Position numbers and translations under genes: made by a program. The notes beneath the pieces were generated by a model. The model did no database searches and was not told the origin of the DNA. It was given only the letters and a program-made list of their open reading frames with translations. A stretch of DNA of 64,000 nucleotides from Octopus vulgaris (lineage: Eukaryota), in the NCBI GenBank assembly GCA_951406725.2, contig OX597827.1, forward strand, positions 82,150,001 through 82,214,000, in the 5' to 3' direction. Every line of letters begins with the position of its first letter. Position 1 is the stretch's first letter. Below are positions 41,192-53,911 of this stretch, in pieces.

Positions 41192-43250
41192 ATCATCATC
41201 ATTTAGCGTCCATTGTCCATGCTGGCATGGGTTGGACAGTTTGCCCAGGGCTGGCAAGCTGGAAAGCTGTACCAGACTCCAGTCTGTTTTGGAATGGTTT
41301 CTATGGCTGGATGCCCTTCCTAACGTCAGACACTCTGAGAATGCAATGGGTGCTTTTACGTGTCACTGGCACAGGTGCCATTTGCATGACACCAATATCT
41401 GCTATGAATCTGATTTTACTTGGCTTGATGGCTCTTCTTCTCAAGCATGACATAATGCCAACGGTCTTGGTCATTGCCTTCGTGAGGACCAACACTTAAA
41501 AGGAGCTTTTCACATGCCACTTTCCCTCCATGAGGCCCAACGCTTGAAAGGTGCTTTTTATGTGCCACTGGCATGGGTGCCAGTTGCACGACATGAGCAT
41601 CATGACTACGATTTCACTTGGCTTGACGGGTCTTCTCAAGCATAGCATATTGCCAAAGGTCTCGGTCATTAGTCATTGCCGCTGTGAAGCCCAAAGTTCA
41701 AAGATCATGCTTCATCACCTCAACCTATGTCTTCCTGGGTCTAGCTCTACCACAGGTTCCCTCCACAGTTAGAGATCGGCACTTCTTTACACAGCTGTCC
41801 TCGTCCATATGCATCTCATGACCATACCAGTGCAGTATTGTGTCTCTTGCACACCACATATGATGCCTCTTATGCCTAACTTTTCTCTTAAGATGCTTAC
41901 ACTCTGTCATACATGCACACTGACATCCATTGAAGCATACTGGCTTCATTTCTTTCAAACTTATGCATGTCCTCAGCTGTCACAGCCCATGTTCACATAC
42001 ATACTGCATACAATTTGCCTTTCACTCTGAGAGAGAGGCCTTTTGTTGCTAGCAGAGGTAGGAGCTCTCTGAACTTTGCCCAGCCTATTCTTATTCTATC
42101 AGCTACACTCTCTGGGTATCCACCTCTGCTGCTAACTTGGTCACCTAGATAATGGAAGCTATCTACTAACTCTAGCTTACCCCACTGGCAGTTGATGGAG
42201 TCTATTTTCTGTACATTTTCAGTGTTTATTGTACCTGTGCATCTTCTACACACAAAAGCTTTTTTCCCTGTTAACCTTCCTCTGATATTGCTGCACAACT
42301 TATGTGCCCAGGTACATCTTATGGAGTTTCTACCTAAGCCCTTTCTATAGATTGAGCAGGACCATCTACCTGAAGGGATTTGTGATTTGTCTGCCTTCCT
42401 ACTCACTAAGACTTTGGTTTTTGTTAGGTTAACCCTAAGGCCCTTTGATTCTAGATCTTGCTTCCATACCTGGAGCTTTTTCTCTAGTTCTGGCAGTGAT
42501 TCAGCTATAAGAACAAAGTCATCAGCATAGAGGAACTCCCAGGAGCAGCATGTCTTAAATTCCTCTGTCATCACCTGGAGGACTATGATGAACAAGAGGG
42601 GGCTGAGAGCTGATCCTTGGTGAAACTCTACTTCTTCCTGGAATTCTTCACTGTACTCATTGCCAACCCTCACCAACCGCTTGTCTATCCCTAGTTTCTG
42701 CATTGACCAGGTCAACAAAAGTTGACATAGGTTTATCTTTGGCTAGGTATTTCTCCTGCAGCTGCCTTACCAGAAATATAGCATCAGTGGTGCTTCTTCC
42801 CGACACAAAACCAAACTGCACCTCATCTAAACTAACTCTCTCCCTAATTAGTTGGGCTATGACCCTCTCCATAACTTTCATCACCTGATCCAACAGTTTG
42901 ATCCCTCTGTAATTATTTCTATTTAAGGTATCACCTTCACCTTTGTAGCAAATGACTTTGGTGCTGCTGCACCAGTCATTGGGTGTGACTCCTTCATGAA
43001 TCACCTGATTTACAATATGGGTGACAAGACAATAACCCACACAGCCAGATATTTTAAGCATCTCAGCAGTGATTCTTGATGGGTCAGGGGCTTTCCCCAT
43101 CTTCATATCCTTAATTGCTTTATCTACCAAGGAACTGTCGATTCGAGTAGCTTGTCCCTCAATTGGGTCAACATTTAGCAGACTCTCCTCCTCCCATTCA
43201 CTCTCCATGTTCAGCAGTCTTTCATAATGGCATTTCCAAACACCCTCAAA
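41192..43250 (-). mobile_element. RTE-clade LINE, 5'-truncated, frameshifted RT plus 3'UTR
   Basis: ORFs 42657-43322 and 41993-42718 contain GKAP, NYRGIKLL, QFGF..GRSTTDAIF, FVDL, HQGSALSPLLF, LYADD, GLRVNLTKTK, FHYLG. The C-terminus WYGHEMHMDEDSCVKK..GRARPRKT follows, then a (GAT)n tail next to (TA)n. Confidence 0.93.
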
Positions 43251-43892
43251 AACACAAATAGACAGACAAATATGAAAACCCCAACTCTGTTGAACTTGTG
43301 ATCTTGTTAACCTCACAATCAATTTAGATACACTAATTAAATGGTATATTTTATTTCATGTTACATAATTCACATCAATTTGGGCAGAATACAAATTGTT
43401 AAATGAACACTGTAAGACAACATCGTTATTGTTGTTGTTTCGTTAAGGGACCAAACATGTTACAGTTATAGAATAGGGAGAAGTGAAGAGCAAATGATAT
43501 TTCTAACCAGAGAAGTTTGTGGGAGAGGTTAGTTTATGTGACCAACCCAGTTATTTGACTGGTATTTTACTGAATTGACCCAGGGGGGATAAAGGGCAAT
43601 ATTGACCTTGATTTGATTTGAACTCAGACTGCATCAAATATCACAAATTATTTTCTTTTGGTGCCTTAATAATTTCACCAATTTACTGGTCTTGCCGAGT
43701 GTAAACATTGAATGTAAATATATTTTGCTCTATTTACATGTTTTGCAACACCATTAATATTTAAATGGAACCGGATAATGTTTCTTGAGATCCCTTATGT
43801 TATGCATTAGAATACACTCACATCATTATAAACCCCAAAATATGAAAATGAGCAAGTACAAGTCACAATATTCAAACCGTCAATCATTTAAG

Positions 43893-44105
43893 CTACACCC
43901 ACATCCATATAAACTACACCTACCTGCAGCAATATAAACTATAATGACATCCATATAAACCACACCCACATCCGTATAAACCACACCCACATCCATATAA
44001 ACCACACCCACATCCATATAAACCACACCCACATCCATATAGACCACACCTACATCCATATAGATCACACCCACATCAATATAAACCACATCCACATCCA
44101 TATAA
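43893..44105. repeat. 21-bp minisatellite (aaaccacacccacatccatat), ~10 copies
   Basis: Direct tandem units. Confidence 0.9.
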
Positions 44106-44242
44106 ACAAACATATCTAAGTAAACGTTCCCACATTGAGACTTTGATAGTCTCCCACAATCCAGACAATAAGTTTTGATGTGATGAAATCTCTTCATTAA
44201 ATTCTAATTATAGATTAGCTGCTGAGCCATGTAATTATACTT

Positions 44243-44575
44243 ACATGGCTCAGTGGCTAGAGTGCCAGGCTTACAATCATGAGGTAGTGAGTTCGAGTCT
44301 TGGACCAGGCTGTGTGTTGTGATCTTGAGCAAGATACTCTATTTTCATGTTGCTGCAGAAGCAAGTTGTGATGTCACAGGTGCCAAACCGTATTGGCCCC
44401 TTTGCCCTTCTCTTGTATAACATCAATGGCAAAAAGAGGGGGGGAGGCCGGTATGCATGGGTGACTGCTGGTCTTCCATAAACAACAACCTTGCCTGGAC
44501 CTGTGCCTCGGAGGGTAAATTTCCAGGTGCAGTCCCATGGTCAGTCATGACCAAAGGGATTCTTTACCCCTTTTC
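44243..44575 (+). mobile_element. SINE family 3 (tRNA head plus CORE/V-like gtgtccttgagcaag box)
   Basis: TGGCTCAGTGG A box, GAGTTCGAGTC B box, gtgatcttgagcaagatact. Related copies at 18372-18510, 56003-56260, 14990-15242 (-), 58180-58333 (-) and 23275-23681 (-). Confidence 0.75.
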
Positions 44576-44957
44576 TTTTTACATCAACACCACCCCCATT
44601 ACCACCATCATCATCATCGTCATTGCCACTGTGGTCGTCGTCGTCATCATCATTTTTGGCATCATCATCATCATCATCATTGACAGCATTTTCAGAAAGT
44701 CGTTAAATATAAGCATGTCACATGTTCTTACATGCTTTTGCTATGTATACATATATGTGTGTGTGTGTCTGTGATATTATATGTATGTGTCAATACACAT
44801 ATGTATATGTATGTATAAACATACATGTATATTTGTAATATATTTAGATATACATGCATATATATATACATACATGTATGTACGTATGTATATAAATGTT
44901 TGAATGGTGGGAGTGCATAAATACATATACCTAGATACTACTCTAAGTAGTATCTAG

Positions 44958-44989
<32 letters not shown>

Positions 44990-45175
44990 ATGTATATATA
45001 CATATATATGTGTGTGTGTTTGTGTGTGTATATATATATATACGTGTGTGTGTGTGTATGTTTGTATGTAAGTATGTACGTGTGTGTGTGTGGCATTCAA
45101 TATGTATGAGGTTACTGATGTAATGTGTGATCAGTGATATATATATATGTCTATACTTTCTGTCTTGGCCTTCAG

Positions 45176-45343
45176 ATGTACCATCAGCCCATAGCCGTCA
45201 CCTCTGGTGAGGTGAGCCAACACAACACAGCAGCCACCCTCACCAACTACCTCCACGACACACTACGTACCCAGCAGCGACCCAACGAACCCGAATGGAG
45301 TGAAGCGTGGCAGAGTGCTGGAGGTGGGGCAGTGGCCAGCAAG
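45176..45343 (+). CDS. Probable protocadherin cytoplasmic exon (MYHQPIAVTSGE...GGGAVASK)
   Basis: Acceptor ctttctgtcttggccttcag|ATG, phase 0, matching the 37777 donor. GC-richer non-repetitive open frame of 56 aa between microsatellites. Two phase-0 donors: GAG|GTGAGC after 45211 and AAG|GTGACC after 45343. Confidence 0.7.
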
Positions 45344-46302
45344 GTGACCTTACTATATATATATACACATTTATTAACTAGACTGATGATGATAATGTTG
45401 ATGATGATGATAACGATGAAGATAATGGTGATGATGATGGTGATGATGGTGGTGGTGGAGATGATGATGACAATGATGATGATGGTGGTGGTGATGATGG
45501 TAGTGGTGATGAAGAGAATGATAATTTAGGAGTAGGAGGGGAAGGGGGGAAGAAGATGGATGGGAGGCAGCAAGTAAAAAGTAAAAGGCAAAGATGAGGA
45601 TGGAAAATCTATTTACAAAAATATTCAGATTATTTGTAACAAGTCTTGATTTAACCCTGTTACACAGACAAGCCCTTCACCGTTGATATCCCTACTGCAC
45701 ACACACACACACACACAGCATAGCCCCATCTCTTCAGTCTCTTGACCAACATCATTGTTCAACTACATTTAACCCTTAACTCCACCCCCATTACTGCTTT
45801 ACAACCCATTAATCATGGTTCCATGGTTCACATCTGATTAGCCCTCAACAATACAAGAAATTGAACCCTTAACCCAAGATATAACAGATTCAGAACAGTT
45901 GCCACTTGCCATTCCATCCAACGCCCTAATGTTCTACCCCAACTAGCAGCTGCTAGGGGGTAAATTAACATGTTTATTATGTTGATTGTTGAAATAAACC
46001 CGAAGGCCCTCACCCATCTGTTGTATTGATGGTTGACATAAAGCCAAAACCACAAATACTGCAGAAGAGAGAGAGCAGTTGTTTAAGGCTGACTCCCACT
46101 TCCTGACTCATAAATTTCCTTTGCTAACCCAGAAAGGACAAAGAGCAAAGTTGGTCTCTGCAAGATTTGTAATCAGAAAGATCCCAGACTACATGGTTAT
46201 CCTGTTCAAAAGCCAGACCAGCATTCTGGTTTCAATCCCCAACACAGATTTACTCTATGGCTGGGATTTCCAACTTTTATCTCTCTACAACTTGGTCCAT
46301 GT

Positions 46303-46520
46303 TTAACCCTTTAGCATTTCAACTGTCCGTATCTGGTCCACATATTCTACACAGTTTATGTTGAAACTGGTCAGATCTGGCCTCTCTCAATGTCATTTTA
46401 AAAATCAAACAAGCCCATCATTGAAATCTCAGAGCCATGAGACAATACAGGATTAATCCAAATCAATGGGATTAAATAAGGATTACATTTGACAGAGTAA
46501 TCTGAGCGCAAAGGGGTTCA
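46303..46520 (+). mobile_element. TTAA-flanked MITE (piggyBac-type ends CCCTTTAGCATT)
   Basis: ttaa|ccctttagcatt...gagcgcaaagggg|ttca; same family as 51002-51227 and 51287-51508. Confidence 0.75.
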
Positions 46521-46832
46521 CCTGTTCCACAACAATATTGGCTGCTGAAAATGTTTGGGTTTTTTAATTATAAACATTATTTTGAAACACAGATGAGTGC
46601 ATGTACTGCACTTTTCTGCAAAGAAATACACATGCAGCAGTGCACCTGGCATATTCTGACTTGCTACACCATTGCTGCAGCTGGCCCTCCAGATAGGTTT
46701 TGACTGTTATTGTCCCAGGCCAACAACATCACCTGGAAATATATATATATATATATGACGCATATGGCGAACTTGAGGATGGATACGGAATTACTCGTCT
46801 TTACAAATTCGGAAATGCTGTTTCTCTTATGT

Positions 46833-47065
<233 letters not shown>

Positions 47066-47850
47066 TGTGCTCAGGTGCACTACAACTCATCTAAAGTGTA
47101 TATATAATCAGGTGTAGTTTCGGCGGATTTCAGAAAGCATGAGGGCCTTAAAGGATGTAGTGTCATGGCAGTCAACAACTGACGCAGGCAGTTTATTCCA
47201 CGCTTCAGCAACCCTGAGCGTGAAAAAATGTTTCTGAAAGTCATGGGAGCTGTGTTGTTTTCTGACTTTGTAGGCATGTCCACGTGTGTTAGACACATGG
47301 AGATCAAAAAGGTGTTCAGTGTTGTTGTTGGTGAGGTGGTTGATAACTTTGTGGGTGTTTACCAAGTCCGTCGCCAGACGCCGGAGCTTCAGTGAATCCA
47401 TGCCCAGGGAAACAAGGCGCTCAGAATATGGTAGGTGTCTGATGGAGGGTATGCGTTTGGTTGCACGTCTTTGGACAGATTCCAGGAGGTCAATGTTCTG
47501 AGCAAGATAGGGGTTCCAAACTGATGATGCGAATTCCAAGTGTGGTCGTACCATAGCTGTATACAGTTTTAAATAGATGGTTAGAGAGCAGCTAACAAAA
47601 GTCTTGCTGAGTGATGCCAAGACACCCTCGGCCTTCTTGACAATTTTAGAGATATGCTTTGTCCAACGCAAATCACTGCTGACAGTGATGCCTAGGTCAC
47701 GCTCGCAAGAGGATTTCTTGATATCAGTGTTGTGGAGGGAGTATGTGGACGCAGGGTTTTTTTCTCCCAAAATGCATGGTGGTACACTTGTCCACAGCCA
47801 GTTTCAGTTGCCAGTCTGTGATCCATGTCGATTTATGTTCAATGTCGCCT
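47066..47850 (-). mobile_element. CR1-type LINE 3' fragment
   Basis: 220-aa ORF with ERDLGI, LYTAMVRPHLEFASSVWNPY, LESVQRRATKRIP, SLKLRRL, TRGHAYK, FFTLRVAEAWNKLP; followed by a (TAT)n tail. Confidence 0.9.
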
Positions 47851-47903
47851 GATCGAGCATGCATGGATTTGTTAGCATTTTCAGATTTATAATCTGGAAT
47901 ATC

Positions 47904-47956
47904 ATGTTGAAGAAGGAAATGAATTTTACACCAGTCTAATCCCGAAACACGTACAC
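47904..47956 (+). ncRNA. Degenerate hammerhead-like motif
   Basis: UUGAAGA-A-GGA...UCC-C-GAAAC-AC-GUA; stem I is poor. Confidence 0.3.
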
Positions 47957-48271
47957 AATTAACTAAGGCTGGTTGATTTCATTATTTTTTCTTCTTTTTG
48001 CCTATGTGAGTTATGAGTATTGCTGTCTGTGGAGATATATTGTAGTAGAAGAATTAGTAGTTTGACTGCTATTTCTAAATTTCAGTATGTGGTAAAGCAA
48101 CTTTTGCTGATCCCTTAATTATGTTTATAGTTATAAAAAAAACTTTCTGTATAAGTTTTTACCGATAATGGGGTTTTTTTCCATACCAATCTACTTGGTA
48201 AAATTATTAATTATTAAATTAATAATTCTTTACACTATATCAATGCTGCTATATATATATAAATATATATA

Positions 48272-48501
48272 TCATCATCATCATCGTTTAGCGTCCGCTT
48301 TCCATGCTAGCATGGGTTGGACAGTTCAACTGGGGTCTGGGAAGCCAGAAGGCTGCACCAGGCCCAGTCTGATCTGGCAATGTTTCTACGGCTGGATGCC
48401 CTTCCTAACGCCAACCACTCCGTGAGTGTAGTGGGTGCTTTTTACATGCCACCAGCACAGGTGCCAGACAAGGCTGGCAAATGGCCACAATCGGATGGTG
48501 C
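48272..48501 (-). mobile_element. RTE 3'UTR copy in a (TA)n tract
   Basis: Reverse complement of the 29300-29526 tail; (TA)n on both sides. Confidence 0.88.
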
Positions 48502-49308
48502 TATATATATATATATATAGCAGCAGCGTGTGTTACAGGACACTGGCTGAAAACATTTGCTCTAAAGAAAAGCATGAATGTCACGTAATCTCATTGTTGA
48601 TGCGAGCAAATGTCTAGCCTGTGTCAGCTCTAGGATGGGTTAGGGTTAACACAACTAGGAGAAACAGAGGAAACCACTCATTTGCAATGTCTTCTGAGGT
48701 CCTGGAGGAGGGGCAGAAATTAACAGGTGTTATTGTTGAGATGACAGTGTGTGTGTGTGCGTGCTTACTTGTGTATCCAAAGACCCAGTTTTTGGTTACA
48801 TTATAGTAATAATAGTCACATATTTTCCAGTTCTGGAATCTCTCTCATGAGTTACATGTTTTGCAGAAGAAATCTTTTGCTTCACTAGAAACACACACAC
48901 ACACACACACATACTATATAATATGTGCTCATATACATACGTGTGCATACATACATATTCACACACGTATACATGGATAGATAGACAGACAGAAAGATAT
49001 AAATATGTGTACACACACACACACATGACCCTCAAGAGTTATGTCTCACCTCAGACCACTCCTCCTGCCACCATCTGGAAAGGGGGAGGGGGATATTTAT
49101 CAAAATATGTTCCGAAGAGTTTATTTCTGCACCCTCCCCAGCAACCCATCTACGCCTCTTACTCTTCCCCTTTGTGTTCCCCACCTTATCTCTTTTTTCT
49201 CTCTCTCTCTCTCCTTCCTCTCTCTGTCTCCCACACAAACGTCCCTCTTGCTTCTCCCTAAACTACCACTACCGCCATCAACATCATCATCATCATCATC
49301 GTCATCAG

Positions 49309-49416
49309 CTTGTAAATACTGCATGGCGAATACCACCACCACCACTGCTGCCCCCACCAAGGCCACCGCCATCACCAGACGACCCCGGCTTTCTAGACAC
49401 CTGCCATGAATATTAG
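49309..49416 (+). CDS. Candidate alternative terminal exon A, proline-rich (LVNTAWRIPPPPLLPPPRPPPSPDDPGFLDTCHEY*)
   Basis: catcgtcatcag|CTT acceptor, phase-0 open frame to TAG at 49414-49416, AATAAA at 49521-49526. The acceptor is weak and lies in a CAT repeat. Confidence 0.4.
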   Translation, partial: LVNTAWRIPPPPLLPPPRPPPSPDDPGFLDTCHEY

Positions 49417-49441
49417 CAATCACCATCATCGTCATCATCGT

Positions 49442-49459
<18 letters not shown>

Positions 49460-49519
<60 letters not shown>
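49460..49519 (+). repeat. (CAG)20 preceded by (CAT)n
   Basis: Direct reading; AATAAA follows at 49521. Confidence 0.97.
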
Positions 49520-49522
<3 letters not shown>

Positions 49523-51001
49523 TAAATCAGATTTTGAACTTTGTGAAAGGAACAACACTTGTGAGGCACAAAAGAGAGAGTGTGTCTCTTTTGATGATGA
49601 TGATGATGATGAAAGTGACAAAGATGATTATGATGATGGTGATGATGAGGACGACGATGATGATGGTGGTGGTGGTGGTGGTGGTGGTTGTGATGATGAA
49701 GCCTGGAGATAGGCAAAGAGAGATGGAGAAGAGATAGAAAGACAGAGACAAAGAATGACAGAGAAAAAGAGAGGAAGGTATAGGAGAGAGAGAGAGATGT
49801 AAATAAAGATTGAGAGAGGGATACACAGACATTAAGAAAGAGAGAGAGAGAGAGAGAAAAGAGAAATATATTGAGTGATAGGCAGAAGGAGGGAAAGAGA
49901 GAGATTGAACGATAAAGGAAGAGAGAGAGAGAGAGAGAGGGAGAGAGTGCATGTGTATTTGTATGTTACTGTGTCTGTGTGTGTGATAGAGGCAGGGGTG
50001 TTGGTGTGTTGAGGTTTAGGGTTGGCGCAGGTTATTCATGGCGCTGATAAATAGCTGCATTTCTTGAAAAATAATTTCCCCAGTTGCAATAAACACGACC
50101 ATTTTCTCACACGCTTTCCTTGAGAGTTTCTATTAAAAATGAATCTTTAAATAACATTTCACATTATCTCTTCTGATCAATGGTTGTCGTCGCCGCTGCT
50201 GAAGAGTTGTGGCAGCAATTACAGAATTTACTGGAACTATAACCAAATTCCCTTCATGTCTTTAACACACACACACACACCAACCCCATCACATTTTATC
50301 GTCATCCTTCTCTCTCTCTCTCTCTCTCTCCTTCCTTATCTTTCTTGCTTTTCCTCTCCTTTCTCTTTCATCTCTTTCTTAAAACTCTTGAGATTCACCT
50401 GGCTTCCACCACCACCACCACCACTACTAACAACAACAACAGCAACAACAACATCTTCACCTGCTCTTTAACACTTTGACCTTCATCACCATCAGATTCT
50501 ATACAAAACTTGATATATTTCATGGTATTAAGGTGTTTGAATATTTCCAAATATGGAATATAATTCCCTGTGTTTTGCTCAAGAAACTCCACAACTTATT
50601 CACTATTCTCTCCTTGCTTTCTTCTTCTTCTTTTTCTCCTTCTTTCTCATTTCATACCCCCTCCACCCCCCACCCCACTCACTCTCAATCCTGCAGACCC
50701 TCCACTCCATGCTTCTCCCCCACCTCCTGCTCTCCTTTCCTCTGTCTCTTTGAATTTTTGTTGTTTTTTTTTGCTGTCACTCAACTGATGGATGTTGAAT
50801 GTTGTTCCCCACACCTGCTGATGTTTGCCACAGTAATAAACACGTTACTATGACAACAACCACCACATTGTCGTCCACTCTAACTCATTTTGAGTTTTTT
50901 AATAAAACTTACACATCTCCACATTCTTCCCCATTCAGTGTGATTCCATGTTAATCACTCTTAGACTGTTTCAATTAAACTCTTGTCTTCAATGAGCTGT
51001 T

Positions 51002-51508
51002 TTAACCCTTTAGCATTTAAACCGGTCATATCCAGCTCAAATATTCCACTTTCATGTTAAAACTGCCAACATCCAGCTTCTCACACCTTCCCTACAATGT
51101 CATTCCAAAAGTAAATGATCACCTTATCGAAATCTCAAAGCTATGAGATAATCCAAGATTAACTGAAAACAATATTAATAAATAAATATAGCATTTGAGA
51201 GCGGAATTTGAATGCTAAAACAGTTAATCCACTTCAGTTTTTGCTACCAAACATGATTGATTCATGAGTTTAGTTGATGTTAGTGCTGAACCTTTTAGCT
51301 TCCAGATTATTCTGTCAAATGGAATATTCGTTTATTCACATTGTTTTGAATTAATCCTGCATTTTCTTGCAGATTCAAAGTTTTGATGATGTGATTGTTT
51401 ATTTTTAGAATGATATTGTAAAGTAGATGTGAGAAGCTGGTCAGTCTGAACATAACACAGGTCAAATATTTTGGCTGAATGTGACCAGATTAAATGCTTA
51501 AGGATTAA
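51002..51508. mobile_element. Two TTAA-MITE copies in inverted orientation (51002-51227 and 51287-51508)
   Basis: ttaaccctttagcatttaa..aatgctaaaacagttaa, then tgaaccttttagcttcc..ttaaatgcttaaggattaa. Internal sequences are diverged reverse complements. Confidence 0.75.
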
Positions 51509-51689
51509 CCATATTCAGGGAATATTCTTTGGATATTCCTTTGTCTTTGCTGTGTCAGGGGATTATATTATTTGGTGTTTAACAGGTTTCGATTGCGACC
51601 AAAAGAGTCTGGTTGTGGACCTAAAAGTGGCTGAAATGTAGTTCTTGCAAAGGCTTCCTTACTCAGTAGGAGGTGGTTCCCAGTTGAGC

Positions 51690-51985
51690 CATTATTGCTC
51701 CATGTTGTGAGGCCATAGCTCTGGTACTGAAGGCTTAGAATGGTCAAAATGTCAGAGGAAAGAAATGCCAGACAGATTTTACTAGCAACATCAATTGACA
51801 GGAGACATAAGGGTTGATGACAAGCAAGAGAATGAGATGGTAGCCATAGCCTCAGTAGGCCTTGTTTTGGAGACCCAGGGAGATCTGTCAAAGGCCACAA
51901 TAGGGTCCACTGGAGGGTGTGTCTGAGGATCCTGCTCCCAAGATCCTCATGCAGAACAGTGGGTGACAAAGATGGATAAACAGGT
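51690..51985 (+). mobile_element. Old, different RTE-like LINE remnant
   Basis: A + frame gives MVKMSEERNARQILLATSIDRRHKG, resembling the RTE C-terminal RM..R..KQIL....G.R.RGRP motif. Confidence 0.4.
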
Positions 51986-52491
51986 TGCTAGATGAAAAGG
52001 CAGTGTTTAGCCCTGCTTCTGACCATCTCATCATTTATTCATTCGTAATCTGTGATTACACTGTGTATTTGTAATCTGTCTTTTATCTAAGATGGCAAAA
52101 GGTTTACCGGTTTTGTAACAATGGCTTCATTTTGGTGTCGTTGGTTTACAGTCCACCATGAAAAGAAGTCCAGAATTCCTGACATGCTGTGCGACTTTTG
52201 TAAGGAAAAGGCTGTTAGTGGTTTGAAAGGCTGTTTTGGAAACAAATGAGGGTTAGGGACAGGAAGAGCATCTGGCTGTAGAAAAGCTCCGCCTCACCAT
52301 GTTCTCATCTGACCCACGCAGGCAAGGAAAAGTAGATGTTTACCTGATGTTGATGATGAGTGTGCATATATATGTATATATATATATACATACATATATA
52401 TATATAGTAAATCCCCAAAAAGAAACACAGCAACATGAGGATGTGGTACATGTAAAGTATTAGCAGACATTCAGGGAAGGGAAGAAAGATG

Positions 52492-52526
52492 GTTTAACAT
52501 TTTGAGCAACGCTCTTCTTCAGAAAC
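52492..52526 (-). ncRNA. Decayed minimal hammerhead-like motif
   Basis: Minus strand: GUUU-CUGAAGA-A-GAGC-GUU-GCUC-AAAAU-GUU-AAAC. Two substitutions from GAAAC, both at would-be CpG positions. Confidence 0.5.
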
Positions 52527-52615
52527 AGAGGAAAGTCCAATAGAAAGGAAGACAGAGAAAGAAAATTGCCAATGATTCACATGTGGTTTTATATATATGT
52601 ATATATATATATATA

Positions 52616-52839
52616 GGCTGACGCCAGTGCTGCCTCGACTGGCTTCTGTGCTGGTGGCATGTAAAAAGCACCTACTACACTCGTGGAGTGGTTGGCGTTA
52701 GGAAGGGCATCCAGCTGTAGAAACACTGCTAGATCAGACTGGAGCCTGGTGCAGCCTCCTGGCTTCCCAGACCGCGGTTGAACCATCCAACCCGTGCTAG
52801 CGTGGAAAACGGACGTTAAACGATGATGATGATGATGAT
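52616..52839 (+). mobile_element. RTE 3'UTR copy in a (TA)n tract
   Basis: Same tail ending ggacgttaaacgatgatgatgat; (TA)n on both sides. Further short copies lie near 2650-2960, 3200-3390, 15330-15470, 26440-26480, 39245-39540, 53340-53510 and 58960-59180. Confidence 0.88.
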
Positions 52840-52920
52840 ATATATATATATATGTAATTTTTTTTTTCAGAATGAGATAAAAAACCAAGGCTGTGAAGAT
52901 TTTAGAACATTTATAAATAG

Positions 52921-52968
52921 GTCTTACAGCTGTTTCCAGAATATTTATTATATCCCTTCATTGGAGAC
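52921..52968 (-). ncRNA. Decayed hammerhead-like motif
   Basis: Minus strand: GUCU-CCAAUGA-A-GGGAUAU-AAUAA-AUAUUCU-G-GAAAC-AGCU-GUA-AGAC. All three stems form; the first core box is mutated. Confidence 0.5.
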
Positions 52969-53748
52969 GGTGTGAGAAAATGGTTAAGCAATAGTTAATT
53001 TAGATAAGATACAAAATAGAGAGTGAAGTGGAAGAATGAAAACTGATGTGAGATATGCAGAGATATTGCATTTGTAGATCCATTATTTAGGCAGAATGGT
53101 ATTCATATAAGATTCCAATACTTTGTGAGTAAAATCCAATAGTATTTAAAATTGGTCATTCCAAGTATAAAGTTTGTACATAGTGCTATTGAATCATATA
53201 TGTGTAAATGTGTGTGCATATGCATATGTGTGAACCTCTGTGTATACATACATTTCTTTCTCTATCTATCTATCTATTTTTCTATATATTTATCGATCTG
53301 TCTGCCTTTCTATCCATCCATCCATCCATCCATCTATAGTGCTGGTGGCAGGTGAAAAGCACCCATTCTGCTCGGTAAGGTGGTTGGTGTAAAAAGCATG
53401 CCAAAGTAGACAGTGGAGGTTGGTTCAGTTCCCTGGCTTCTCAGGTCTTGTCAAACCATTCAACCCATGCCAACATGGAAGACGGACATTAAATGATGAC
53501 GATAATGATGATTTTTATATATATATGTATGTGTGTGTATGTATATGTGTGTATATATATATATATGTGTGTGTATATATATATATAATATATACATATA
53601 TATATATATTTATATATATTTATATATATGTATGTGTGTGATATATATAGATATAATATATATAATATATGTATATATGTGTGTATTGTGTGTGTGTGTG
53701 TATGTGTGTGTGTGTGTATATGTATATATATGTATGTATGTGTGTGTG

Positions 53749-53797
<49 letters not shown>

Positions 53798-53911
53798 ATG
53801 TATGTATGTATATATATATATATATATATATATAAACACACATATTCCTACATTTGTTGTTCATATCCTTTGCACAGATCTGAATTTTTTTTTTTTTTTG
53901 TTTATTTCCAG

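Noticed and set aside
43893-44105. CRISPR-like array (also 54655-54946)
   Set aside because: Head-to-tail minisatellites without unique spacers, no cas genes, eukaryotic context.
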